Shown: piece after piece, positions 17,571 through 36,930 of the stretch
Layout: each line of letters begins with the position of its first letter
Position numbering within the stretch: position 1 is the stretch's first letter
Assembly (NCBI RefSeq): GCF_009914755.1
Contig: NC_060948.1
Length of the DNA stretch: 64,000 bases
Reading direction: 5' to 3' (one strand)
DNA from: the human T2T-CHM13v2.0 reference genome, Homo sapiens
The notes under the pieces: model-generated
Told to the model about the DNA's origin: nothing
Seen by the model: only the letters and a program-made list of their open reading frames with translations
Database searches by the model: none
Program-made: the position numbers and the translations under genes

Positions 17571-19698
17571 AGATCCATATTTTTTAAAAGAAAAAAAATT
17601 TCAAAGGTACTCTGCTTGGTACAATAATCAAATGTATAAACTGAGGAATAAAACATAACCATGAAACCTACTTATAACTGTATACGGAAAATACAGAGGA
17701 TAATTTTTTAAATAACATATTTTGAAAGCCTTAACTAGTAATTTGAAGAGTTGGCATTTGAAAGGCCAGTATGAATATACCTTCAAAGCAGCAACACAGG
17801 TTCCCCATGAGAAAAAGCAAACTCAGGGAAAATAAAACCACAAAGGTTCAATCTCTTCTGACCTTTGAAAGACACAGCACAGACAGTGGTCCTTAGGACG
17901 AAGAGCAGGAGACCCCTAATTCCGTCACCATGGCGATAGGGCATAAACATTGCTGGGTGAGGGCACAATCCACATTGTGAGGTCCAACTGCTGCCAGGAA
18001 GACAGGAGTGCTTTTACATAGACCGAAAGGTCATTGAAGGCTCAGAGTTTTGTTTCAAGAACTGAATCCCAAGCCCACACGTTATTAGGCTGCGCTTCTT
18101 AAAACAAGTTATGAGATGGGAAAAAGGGCACCCACAAACATACGTATACATTATGTATATAATAATATACAGTATCATATATATAATATATATAACCTAT
18201 GTATAATATTGTTTTACATCCTGCATCTTATAATATATATATTGTATAAAATATAATAATTGATAATATATAAGTTTTATATTTATACAATATGACATAT
18301 AGTATATATTATAATTTATGACATATATAATATATGTTATATATCATATATAGAATATATTATACGGTTAATATACGTATTAAATATAAATTATACTTTA
18401 TATATATTATATATAATATATCTGTTATATAAAATACCCATTATGCATAATATATATGTTATGTCTATGTTATATATAGTATAAAACAACATATAATAAT
18501 ATATAATTGTATATATAAAATGCGACATATAATATATATTATATTTTGTGACATATGTAATATATATTATATATTATATATAATACGTTGTATGTATAAT
18601 ACCTATATTAAATATATATTATATGACTATGTTATTAATTACATGTCACATATGTTATATATTATATATTTTACATAGAATATACCGGTTACATACAATA
18701 TATACTATGTTACCTATAATGTATAATTGATTACATGTAAAATAAAGAATGCAATATATTATGTATAATTTATAATATACAATATGTGGAATGTGATATA
18801 TATAACATATAATGTATGATATAAGATATACAGTATATGATATATAATATACAATATATGATACCTAATATATATGGTATACAATTTATATTTTATGATA
18901 TGTATTCTATATGTTTTATATTCTGTTATATATAACTATTTGAAATTATATATAACTGTATAATATTTTATGTAAATATGTAATATAATATTTATAACCA
19001 TATAATATATTATATATAACTATATATTATGTTATATATACTTTTATAACATAATTTACATAAAATATCATAATATAATATATATTATATTATTTCATAT
19101 TACATAATATATATTACATATCACCCAATATAATTAACATACATAATATTATAATATAGATTATATTATGTTATATTAAATATCATATATATCATGTATC
19201 ATATATTCTATAATATATATTATACATTATATAATATGTATGTTGTCTATTATGTGATTTATATAACTATATATATAATTATATTATTATACATATAACT
19301 AGATAAACATGTAATTCGACATATTTTCATTTATAATATATAGAATTATATAATCATATATAATTATTTATATTCTATAAAAAATTATATCATTATAAAA
19401 ATTATAATATATAAAAATTATAACATGTACTACAAATATATATATTATATATCATATATGATATAGCACCTTTGTTATATATCATAATACATACAAATGT
19501 GTATTATGTTATCTATAATTGTAAAATTTCATATATAAGATGTATAATGTGTATTATATATTATATATGTTATGTAATATATGTAGTATATATAAGATGA
19601 CACAGGATAAATATTATATACTATGACATATAAAATATATGAGGTTATATGTTACGTATAAGGCATAGCACATAACACGTAATATATATCATATATAA

Positions 19699-19990
<292 letters not shown>

Positions 19991-22118
19991 AGATCCATAT
20001 TTTTTAAAAGAAAAAAAATTTCAAAGGTACTCTGCTTGGTACAATAATCAAATGTATAAACTGAGGAATAAAACATAACCATGAAACCTACTTATAACTG
20101 TATACGGAAAATACAGAGGATAATTTTTTAAATAACATATTTTGAAAGCCTTAACTAGTAATTTGAAGAGTTGGCATTTGAAAGGCCAGTATGAATATAC
20201 CTTCAAAGCAGCAACACAGGTTCCCCATGAGAAAAAGCAAACTCAGGGAAAATAAAACCACAAAGGTTCAATCTCTTCTGACCTTTGAAAGACACAGCAC
20301 AGACAGTGGTCCTTAGGACGAAGAGCAGGAGACCCCTAATTCCGTCACCATGGCGATAGGGCATAAACATTGCTGGGTGAGGGCACAATCCACATTGTGA
20401 GGTCCAACTGCTGCCAGGAAGACAGGAGTGCTTTTACATAGACCGAAAGGTCATTGAAGGCTCAGAGTTTTGTTTCAAGAACTGAATCCCAAGCCCACAC
20501 GTTATTAGGCTGCGCTTCTTAAAACAAGTTATGAGATGGGAAAAAGGGCACCCACAAACATACGTATACATTATGTATATAATAATATACAGTATCATAT
20601 ATATAATATATATAACCTATGTATAATATTGTTTTACATCCTGCATCTTATAATATATATATTGTATAAAATATAATAATTGATAATATATAAGTTTTAT
20701 ATTTATACAATATGACATATAGTATATATTATAATTTATGACATATATAATATATGTTATATATCATATATAGAATATATTATACGGTTAATATACGTAT
20801 TAAATATAAATTATACTTTATATATATTATATATAATATATCTGTTATATAAAATACCCATTATGCATAATATATATGTTATGTCTATGTTATATATAGT
20901 ATAAAACAACATATAATAATATATAATTGTATATATAAAATGCGACATATAATATATATTATATTTTGTGACATATGTAATATATATTATATATTATATA
21001 TAATACGTTGTATGTATAATACCTATATTAAATATATATTATATGACTATGTTATTAATTACATGTCACATATGTTATATATTATATATTTTACATAGAA
21101 TATACCGGTTACATACAATATATACTATGTTACCTATAATGTATAATTGATTACATGTAAAATAAAGAATGCAATATATTATGTATAATTTATAATATAC
21201 AATATGTGGAATGTGATATATATAACATATAATGTATGATATAAGATATACAGTATATGATATATAATATACAATATATGATACCTAATATATATGGTAT
21301 ACAATTTATATTTTATGATATGTATTCTATATGTTTTATATTCTGTTATATATAACTATTTGAAATTATATATAACTGTATAATATTTTATGTAAATATG
21401 TAATATAATATTTATAACCATATAATATATTATATATAACTATATATTATGTTATATATACTTTTATAACATAATTTACATAAAATATCATAATATAATA
21501 TATATTATATTATTTCATATTACATAATATATATTACATATCACCCAATATAATTAACATACATAATATTATAATATAGATTATATTATGTTATATTAAA
21601 TATCATATATATCATGTATCATATATTCTATAATATATATTATACATTATATAATATGTATGTTGTCTATTATGTGATTTATATAACTATATATATAATT
21701 ATATTATTATACATATAACTAGATAAACATGTAATTCGACATATTTTCATTTATAATATATAGAATTATATAATCATATATAATTATTTATATTCTATAA
21801 AAAATTATATCATTATAAAAATTATAATATATAAAAATTATAACATGTACTACAAATATATATATTATATATCATATATGATATAGCACCTTTGTTATAT
21901 ATCATAATACATACAAATGTGTATTATGTTATCTATAATTGTAAAATTTCATATATAAGATGTATAATGTGTATTATATATTATATATGTTATGTAATAT
22001 ATGTAGTATATATAAGATGACACAGGATAAATATTATATACTATGACATATAAAATATATGAGGTTATATGTTACGTATAAGGCATAGCACATAACACGT
22101 AATATATATCATATATAA

Positions 22119-22410
<292 letters not shown>

Positions 22411-24538
22411 AGATCCATATTTTTTAAAAGAAAAAAAATTTCAAAGGTACTCTGCTTGGTACAATAATCAAATGTATAAACTGAGGAATAAAACATAACC
22501 ATGAAACCTACTTATAACTGTATACGGAAAATACAGAGGATAATTTTTTAAATAACATATTTTGAAAGCCTTAACTAGTAATTTGAAGAGTTGGCATTTG
22601 AAAGGCCAGTATGAATATACCTTCAAAGCAGCAACACAGGTTCCCCATGAGAAAAAGCAAACTCAGGGAAAATAAAACCACAAAGGTTCAATCTCTTCTG
22701 ACCTTTGAAAGACACAGCACAGACAGTGGTCCTTAGGACGAAGAGCAGGAGACCCCTAATTCCGTCACCATGGCGATAGGGCATAAACATTGCTGGGTGA
22801 GGGCACAATCCACATTGTGAGGTCCAACTGCTGCCAGGAAGACAGGAGTGCTTTTACATAGACCGAAAGGTCATTGAAGGCTCAGAGTTTTGTTTCAAGA
22901 ACTGAATCCCAAGCCCACACGTTATTAGGCTGCGCTTCTTAAAACAAGTTATGAGATGGGAAAAAGGGCACCCACAAACATACGTATACATTATGTATAT
23001 AATAATATACAGTATCATATATATAATATATATAACCTATGTATAATATTGTTTTACATCCTGCATCTTATAATATATATATTGTATAAAATATAATAAT
23101 TGATAATATATAAGTTTTATATTTATACAATATGACATATAGTATATATTATAATTTATGACATATATAATATATGTTATATATCATATATAGAATATAT
23201 TATACGGTTAATATACGTATTAAATATAAATTATACTTTATATATATTATATATAATATATCTGTTATATAAAATACCCATTATGCATAATATATATGTT
23301 ATGTCTATGTTATATATAGTATAAAACAACATATAATAATATATAATTGTATATATAAAATGCGACATATAATATATATTATATTTTGTGACATATGTAA
23401 TATATATTATATATTATATATAATACGTTGTATGTATAATACCTATATTAAATATATATTATATGACTATGTTATTAATTACATGTCACATATGTTATAT
23501 ATTATATATTTTACATAGAATATACCGGTTACATACAATATATACTATGTTACCTATAATGTATAATTGATTACATGTAAAATAAAGAATGCAATATATT
23601 ATGTATAATTTATAATATACAATATGTGGAATGTGATATATATAACATATAATGTATGATATAAGATATACAGTATATGATATATAATATACAATATATG
23701 ATACCTAATATATATGGTATACAATTTATATTTTATGATATGTATTCTATATGTTTTATATTCTGTTATATATAACTATTTGAAATTATATATAACTGTA
23801 TAATATTTTATGTAAATATGTAATATAATATTTATAACCATATAATATATTATATATAACTATATATTATGTTATATATACTTTTATAACATAATTTACA
23901 TAAAATATCATAATATAATATATATTATATTATTTCATATTACATAATATATATTACATATCACCCAATATAATTAACATACATAATATTATAATATAGA
24001 TTATATTATGTTATATTAAATATCATATATATCATGTATCATATATTCTATAATATATATTATACATTATATAATATGTATGTTGTCTATTATGTGATTT
24101 ATATAACTATATATATAATTATATTATTATACATATAACTAGATAAACATGTAATTCGACATATTTTCATTTATAATATATAGAATTATATAATCATATA
24201 TAATTATTTATATTCTATAAAAAATTATATCATTATAAAAATTATAATATATAAAAATTATAACATGTACTACAAATATATATATTATATATCATATATG
24301 ATATAGCACCTTTGTTATATATCATAATACATACAAATGTGTATTATGTTATCTATAATTGTAAAATTTCATATATAAGATGTATAATGTGTATTATATA
24401 TTATATATGTTATGTAATATATGTAGTATATATAAGATGACACAGGATAAATATTATATACTATGACATATAAAATATATGAGGTTATATGTTACGTATA
24501 AGGCATAGCACATAACACGTAATATATATCATATATAA

Positions 24539-24830
<292 letters not shown>

Positions 24831-26958
24831 AGATCCATATTTTTTAAAAGAAAAAAAATTTCAAAGGTACTCTGCTTGGTACAATAATCAAATGTATAAA
24901 CTGAGGAATAAAACATAACCATGAAACCTACTTATAACTGTATACGGAAAATACAGAGGATAATTTTTTAAATAACATATTTTGAAAGCCTTAACTAGTA
25001 ATTTGAAGAGTTGGCATTTGAAAGGCCAGTATGAATATACCTTCAAAGCAGCAACACAGGTTCCCCATGAGAAAAAGCAAACTCAGGGAAAATAAAACCA
25101 CAAAGGTTCCATCTCTTCTGACCTTTGAAAGACACAGCACAGACAGTGGTCCTTAGGACGAAGAGCAGGAGACCCCTAATTCCGTCACCATGGCGATAGG
25201 GCATAAACATTGCTGGGTGAGGGCACAATCCACATTGTGAGGTCCAACTGCTGCCAGGAAGACAGGAGTGCTTTTACATAGACCGAAAGGTCATTGAAGG
25301 CTCAGAGTTTTGTTTCAAGAACTGAATCCCAAGCCCACACGTTATTAGGCTGCGCTTCTTAAAACAAGTTATGAGATGGGAAAAAGGGCACCCACAAACA
25401 TACGTATACATTATGTATATAATAATATACAGTATCATATATATAATATATATAACCTATGTATAATATTGTTTTACATCCTGCATCTTATAATATATAT
25501 ATTGTATAAAATATAATAATTGATAATATATAAGTTTTATATTTATACAATATGACATATAGTATATATTATAATTTATGACATATATAATATATGTTAT
25601 ATATCATATATAGAATATATTATACGGTTAATATACGTATTAAATATAAATTATACTTTATATATATTATATATAATATATCTGTTATATAAAATACCCA
25701 TTATGCATAATATATATGTTATGTCTATGTTATATATAGTATAAAACAACATATAATAATATATAATTGTATATATAAAATGCGACATATAATATATATT
25801 ATATTTTGTGACATATGTAATATATATTATATATTATATATAATACGTTGTATGTATAATACCTATATTAAATATATATTATATGACTATGTTATTAATT
25901 ACATGTCACATATGTTATATATTATATATTTTACATAGAATATACCGGTTACATACAATATATACTATGTTACCTATAATGTATAATTGATTACATGTAA
26001 AATAAAGAATGCAATATATTATGTATAATTTATAATATACAATATGTGGAATGTGATATATATAACATATAATGTATGATATAAGATATACAGTATATGA
26101 TATATAATATACAATATATGATACCTAATATATATGGTATACAATTTATATTTTATGATATGTATTCTATATGTTTTATATTCTGTTATATATAACTATT
26201 TGAAATTATATATAACTGTATAATATTTTATGTAAATATGTAATATAATATTTATAACCATATAATATATTATATATAACTATATATTATGTTATATATA
26301 CTTTTATAACATAATTTACATAAAATATCATAATATAATATATATTATATTATTTCATATTACATAATATATATTACATATCACCCAATATAATTAACAT
26401 ACATAATATTATAATATAGATTATATTATGTTATATTAAATATCATATATATCATGTATCATATATTCTATAATATATATTATACATTATATAATATGTA
26501 TGTTGTCTATTATGTGATTTATATAACTATATATATAATTATATTATTATACATATAACTAGATAAACATGTAATTCGACATATTTTCATTTATAATATA
26601 TAGAATTATATAATCATATATAATTATTTATATTCTATAAAAAATTATATCATTATAAAAATTATAATATATAAAAATTATAACATGTACTACAAATATA
26701 TATATTATATATCATATATGATATAGCACCTTTGTTATATATCATAATACATACAAATGTGTATTATGTTATCTATAATTGTAAAATTTCATATATAAGA
26801 TGTATAATGTGTATTATATATTATATATGTTATGTAATATATGTAGTATATATAAGATGACACAGGATAAATATTATATACTATGACATATAAAATATAT
26901 GAGGTTATATGTTACGTATAAGGCATAGCACATAACACGTAATATATATCATATATAA

Positions 26959-27250
<292 letters not shown>

Positions 27251-29378
27251 AGATCCATATTTTTTAAAAGAAAAAAAATTTCAAAGGTACTCTGCTTGGC
27301 ACAATAATCAAATGTATAAACTGAGGAATAAAACATAACCATGAAACCTACTTATAACTGTATACGGAAAATACAGAGGATAATTTTTTAAATAACATAT
27401 TTTGAAAGCCTTAACTAGTAATTTGAAGAGTTGGCATTTGAAAGGCCAGTATGAATATACCTTCAAAGCAGCAACACAGGTTCCCCATGAGAAAAAGCAA
27501 ACTCAGGGAAAATAAAACCACAAAGGTTCAATCTCTTCTGACCTTTGAAAGACACAGCACAGACAGTGGTCCTTAGGACGAAGAGCAGGAGACCCCTAAT
27601 TCCGTCACCATGGCGATAGGGCATAAACATTGCTGGGTGAGGGCACAATCCACATTGTGAGGTCCAACTGCTGCCAGGAAGACAGGAGTGCTTTTACATA
27701 GACCGAAAGGTCATTGAAGGCTCAGAGTTTTGTTTCAAGAACTGAATCCCAAGCCCACACGTTATTAGGCTGCGCTTCTTAAAACAAGTTATGAGATGGG
27801 AAAAAGGGCACCCACAAACATACGTATACATTATGTATATAATAATATACAGTATCATATATGTAATATATATAACCTATGTATAATATTGTTTTACATC
27901 CTGCATCTTATAATATATATATTGTATAAAATATAATAATTGATAATATATAAGTTTTATATTTATACAATATGACATATAGTATATATTATAATTTATG
28001 ACATATATAATATATGTTATATATCATATATAGAATATATTATACGGTTAATATACGTATTAAATATAAATTATACTTTATGTATATTATATATAATATA
28101 TCTGTTATATAAAATACCCATTATGCATAATATATATGTTATGTCTATGTTATATATAGTATAAAACAACATATAATAATATATAATTGTATATATAAAA
28201 TGCGACATATAATATATATTATATTTTGTGACATATGTAAAATATATTATATATTATATATAATACGTTGTATGTATAATACCTATATTAAATATATATT
28301 ATATGACTATGTTATTAATTACATGTCACATATGTTATATATTATATATTTTACACAGAATATACCGGTTACATACAATATATACTATGTTACCTATAAT
28401 GTATAATTTATTACATGTAAAATAAAGAATGCAATATATTATGTATAATTTATAATATACAATATGTGGAATGTGATATATATAACATATAATGTATGAT
28501 ATAAGATATACAGTATATGATATATAACATACAATATATGATACCTAATATATATGGTATACAATTTATATTTTATGATATGTATTCTATATGTTTTATA
28601 TTCTGTTATATATAACTATTTGAAATTATATATAACTGTATAATATTTTATGTAAATATGTAATATAATATTTATAACCATATAATATATTATATATAAC
28701 TATATATTATGTTATATATACTTTTATAACATAATTTACATAAAATATCATAATATAATATATATTATATTATTTCATATTACATAATATATATTACATA
28801 TCACCCAATATAATTAACATACATAATATTATAATATAGATTATATTATGTTACATTAAATATCATATATATCATGTATCATATATTCTATGATATATAT
28901 TATACATTATATAATATGTATGTTGTCTATTATGTGATATATATAACTATATATATAATTATATTATTATACATATAACTAGATAAACATGTAATTCGAC
29001 ATATTTTCATTTATAATATATAGAATTATATAATCATATATAATTATTTATATTCTATAAAAAATTATATCATTATATAAATTATAATATATAAAAATTA
29101 TAACATGTACTACAAATATATATATTATATATCATATATGATATAGCACCTTTGTTATATATCATAATACATACAAATGTGTATTATGTTATCTATAATT
29201 GTAAAATTTCATATATAAGATGTATAATGTGTATTATATATTATATATGTTATGTAATATATGTAGTATATATAAGATGACACAGGATAAATATTATATA
29301 CTATGACATATAAAATATATGAGGTTATATGTTACGTATAAGGCATAGCACATAACACGTAATATATATCATATATAA

Positions 29379-29670
<292 letters not shown>

Positions 29671-31798
29671 AGATCCATATTTTTTAAAAGAAAAAAAATT
29701 TCAAAGGTACTCTGCTTGGTACAATAATCAAATGTATAAACTGAGGAATAAAACATAACCATGAAACCTACTTATAACTGTATACGGAAAATACAGAGGA
29801 TAATTTTTTAAATAACATATTTTGAAAGCCTTAACTAGTAATTTGAAGAGTTGGCATTTGAAAGGCCAGTATGAATATACCTTCAAAGCAGCAACACAGG
29901 TTCCCCATGAGAAAAAGCAAACTCAGGGAAAATAAAACCACAAAGGTTCAATCTCTTCTGACCTTTGAAAGACACAGCACAGACAGTGGTCCTTAGGACG
30001 AAGAGCAGGAGACCCCTAATTCCGTCACCATGGCGATAGGGCATAAACATTGCTGGGTGAGGGCACAATCCACATTGTGAGGTCCAACTGCTGCCAGGAA
30101 GACAGGAGTGCTTTTACATAGACCGAAAGGTCATTGAAGGCTCAGAGTTTTGTTTCAAGAACTGAATCCCAAGCCCACACGTTATTAGGCTGCGCTTCTT
30201 AAAACAAGTTATGAGATGGGAAAAAGGGCACCCACAAACATACGTATACATTATGTATATAATAATATACAGTATCATATATATAATATATATAACCTAT
30301 GTATAATATTGTTTTACATCCTGCATCTTATAATATATATATTGTATAAAATATAATAATTGATAATATATAAGTTTTATATTTATACAATATGACATAT
30401 AGTATATATTATAATTTATGACATATATAATATATGTTATATATCATATATAGAATATATTATACGGTTAATATACGTATTAAATATAAATTATACTTTA
30501 TGTATATTATATATAATATATCTGTTATATAAAATACCCATTATGCATAATATATATGTTATGTCTATGTTATATATAGTATAAAACAACATATAATAAT
30601 ATATAATTGTATATATAAAATGCGACATATAATATATATTATATTTTGTGACATATGTAATATATATTATATATTATATATAATACGTTGTATGTATAAT
30701 ACCTATATTAAATATATATTATATGACTATGTTATTAATTACATGTCACATATGTTATATATTATATATTTTACATAGAATATACCGGTTACATACAATA
30801 TATACTATGTTACCTATAATGTATAATTGATTACATGTAAAATAAAGAATGCAATATATTATGTATAATTTATAATATACAATATGTGGAATGTGATATA
30901 TATAACATATAATGTATGATATAAGATATACAGTATATGATATATAACATACAATATATGATACCTAATATATATGGTATACAATTTATATTTTATGATA
31001 TGTATTCTATATGTTTTATATTCTGTTATATATAACTATTTGAAATTATATATAACTGTATAATATTTTATGTAAATATGTAATATAATATTTATAACCA
31101 TATAATATATTATATATAACTATATATTATGTTATATATACTTTTATAACATAATTTACATAAAATATCATAATATAATATATATTATATTATTTCATAT
31201 TACATAATATATATTACATATCACCCAATATAATTAACATACATAATATTATAATATAGATTATATTATGTTACATTAAATATCATATATATCATGTATC
31301 ATATATTCTATGATATATATTATACATTATATAATATGTATGTTGTCTATTATGTGATATATATAACTATATATATAATTATATTATTATACATATAACT
31401 AGATAAACATGTAATTCGACATATTTTCATTTATAATATATAGAATTATATAATCATATATAATTATTTATATTCTATAAAAAATTATATCATTATATAA
31501 ATTATAATATATAAAAATTATAACATGTACTACAAATATATATATTATATATCATATATGATATAGCACCTTTGTTATATATCATAATACATACAAATGT
31601 GTATTATGTTATCTATAATTGTAAAATTTCATATATAAGATGTATAATGTGTATTATATATTATATATGTTATGTAATATATGTAGTATATATAAGATGA
31701 CACAGGATAAATATTATATACTATGACATATAAAATATATGAGGTTATATGTTACGTATAAGGCATAGCACATAACACGTAATATATATCATATATAA

Positions 31799-32090
<292 letters not shown>

Positions 32091-34218
32091 AGATCCATAT
32101 TTTTTAAAAGAAAAAAAATTTCAAAGGTACTCTGCTTGGCACAATAATCAAATGTATAAACTGAGGAATAAAACATAACCATGAAACCTACTTATAACTG
32201 TATACGGAAAATACAGAGGATAATTTTTTAAATAACATATTTTGAAAGCCTTAACTAGTAATTTGAAGAGTTGGCATTTGAAAGGCCAGTATGAATATAC
32301 CTTCAAAGCAGCAACACAGGTTCCCCATGAGAAAAAGCAAACTCAGGGAAAATAAAACCACAAAGGTTCAATCTCTTCTGACCTTTGAAAGACACAGCAC
32401 AGACAGTGGTCCTTAGGACGAAGAGCAGGAGACCCCTAATTCCGTCACCATGGCGATAGGGCATAAACATTGCTGGGTGAGGGCACAATCCACATTGTGA
32501 GGTCCAACTGCTGCCAGGAAGACAGGAGTGCTTTTACATAGACCGAAAGGTCATTGAAGGCTCAGAGTTTTGTTTCAAGAACTGAATCCCAAGCCCACAC
32601 GTTATTAGGCTGCGCTTCTTAAAACAAGTTATGAGATGGGAAAAAGGGCACCCACAAACATACGTATACATTATGTATATAATAATATACAGTATCATAT
32701 ATGTAATATATATAACCTATGTATAATATTGTTTTACATCCTGCATCTTATAATATATATATTGTATAAAATATAATAATTGATAATATATAAGTTTTAT
32801 ATTTATACAATATGACATATAGTATATATTATAATTTATGACAAATATAATATATGTTATATATCATATATAGAATATATTATACGGTTAATATACGTAT
32901 TAAATATAAATTATACTTTATGTATATTATATATAATATATCTGTTATATAAAATACCCATTATGCATAATATATATGTTATGTCTATGTTATATATAGT
33001 ATAAAACAACATATAATAATATATAATTGTATATATAAAATGCGACATATAATATATATTATATTTTGTGACATATGTAAAATATATTATATATTATATA
33101 TAATACGTTGTATGTATAATACCTATATTAAATATATATTATATGACTATGTTATTAATTACATGTCACATATGTTATATATTATATATTTTACATAGAA
33201 TATACCGGTTACATACAATATATACTATGTTACCTATAATGTATAATTGATTACATGTAAAATAAAGAATGCAATATATTATGTATAATTTATAATATAC
33301 AATATGTGGAATGTGATATATATAACATATAATGTATGATATAAGATATACAGTATATGATATATAACATACAATATATGATACCTAATATATATGGTAT
33401 ACAATATATATTTTATGATATGTATTCTATATGTTTTATATTCTGTTATATATAACTATTTGAAATTATATATAACTGTATAATATTTTATGTAAATATG
33501 TAATATAATATTTATAACCATATAATATATTATATATAACTATATATTATGTTATATATACTTTTATAACATAATTTACATAAAATATCATAATATAATA
33601 TATATTATATTATTTCATATTACATAATATATATTACATATCACCCAATATAATTAACATACATAATATTATAATATAGATTATATTATGTTATATTAAA
33701 TATCATATATATCATGTATCATATATTCTATAATATATATTATACATTATATAATATGTATGTTGTCTATTATGTGATATATATAACTATATATATAATT
33801 ATATTATTATACATATAACTAGATAAACATGTAATTCCACATATTTTCATTTATAATATATAGAATTATATAATCATATATAATTATTTATATTCTATAA
33901 AAAATTATATCATTATATAAATTATAATATATAAAAATTATAACATGTACTACAAATATATATATTATATATCATATATGATATAGCACCTTTGTTATAT
34001 ATCATAATACATACAAATGTGTATTATGTTATCTATAATTGTAAAATTTCATATATAAGATGTATAATGTGTATTATATATTATATATGTTATGTAATAT
34101 ATGTAGTATATATAAGATGACACAGGATAAATATTATATACTATGACATATAAAATATATGAGGTTATATGTTACGTATAAGGCATAGCACATAACACGT
34201 AATATATATCATATATAA

Positions 34219-34510
<292 letters not shown>

Positions 34511-36638
34511 AGATCCATATTTTTTAAAAGAAAAAAAATTTCAAAGGTACTCTGCTTGGTACAATAATCAAATGTATAAACTGAGGAATAAAACATAACC
34601 ATGAAACCTACTTATAACTGTATACGGAAAATACAGAGGATAATTTTTTAAATAACATATTTTGAAAGCCTTAACTAGTAATTTGAAGAGTTGGCATTTG
34701 AAAGGCCAGTATGAATATACCTTCAAAGCAGCAACACAGGTTCCCCATGAGAAAAAGCAAACTCAGGGAAAATAAAACCACAAAGGTTCAATCTCTTCTG
34801 ACCTTTGAAAGACACAGCACAGACAGTGGTCCTTAGGACGAAGAGCAGGAGACCCCTAATTCCGTCACCATGGCGATAGGGCATAAACATTGCTGGGTGA
34901 GGGCACAATCCACATTGTGAGGTCCAACTGCTGCCAGGAAGACAGGAGTGCTTTTACATAGACCGAAAGGTCATTGAAGGCTCAGAGTTTTGTTTCAAGA
35001 ACTGAATCCCAAGCCCACACGTTATTAGGCTGCGCTTCTTAAAACAAGTTATGAGATGGGAAAAAGGGCACCCACAAACATACGTATACATTATGTATAT
35101 AATAATATACAGTATCATATATATAATATATATAACCTATGTATAATATTGTTTTACATCCTGCATCTTATAATATATATATTGTATAAAATATAATAAT
35201 TGATAATATATAAGTTTTATATTTATACAATATGACATATAGTATATATTATAATTTATGACATATATAATATATGTTATATATCATATATAGAATATAT
35301 TATACGGTTAATATACGTATTAAATATAAATTATACTTTATATATATTATATATAATATATCTGTTATATAAAATACCCATTATGCATAATATATATGTT
35401 ATGTCTATGTTATATATAGTATAAAACAACATATAATAATATATAATTGTATATATAAAATGCGACATATAATATATATTATATTTTGTGACATATGTAA
35501 TATATATTATATATTATATATAATACGTTGTATGTATAATACCTATATTAAATATATATTATATGACTATGTTATTAAATACATGTCACATATGTTATAT
35601 ATTATATATTTTACATAGAATATACCGGTTACATACAATATATACTATGTTACCTATAATGTATAATTTATTACATGTAAAATAAAGAATGCAATATATT
35701 ATGTATAATTTATAATATACAATATGTGGAATGTGATATATATAACACATAATATATGATATAAGATATACAGTATATGATATATAACATACAATATATG
35801 ATACCTAATATATATGGTATACAATATATATTTTATGATATGTATTCTATATGTTTTATATTCTGTTATATATAACTATTTGAAATTATATATAACTGTA
35901 TAATATTTTATGTAAATATGTAATATAATATATATAACCATATAATATATTATATATAACTATATATTATGTTATATATACTTTTATAACATAATTTACA
36001 TAAAATATCATAATATAATATATATTATATTATTTCATATTACATAATATATATTACATATCACCCAATATAATTAACATACATAATATTATAATATAGA
36101 TTATATTATGTTATATTAAATATCATATATATCATGTATCATATATTCTATAATATATATTATACATTATATAATATGTATGTTGTCTATTATGTGATAT
36201 ATATAACTATATATATAATTATATTATTATACATATAACTAGATAAACATGTAATTCGACATATTTTCATTTATAATATATAGAATTATATAATCATATA
36301 TAATTATTTATATTCTATAAAAAATTATATCATTATAAAAATTATAATATATAAAAATTATAACATGTACTACAAATATATATATTATATATCATATATG
36401 ATATAGCACCTTTGTTATATATCATAATACATACAAATGTGTATTATGTTATCTATAATTGTAAAATTTCATATATAAGATGTATAATGTGTATTATATA
36501 TTATATATGTTATGTAATATATGTAGTATATATAAGATGACACAGGATAAATATTATATACTATGACATATAAAATATATGAGGTTATATGTTACGTATA
36601 AGGCATAGCACATAACACGTAATATATATCATATATAA

Positions 36639-36930
<292 letters not shown>
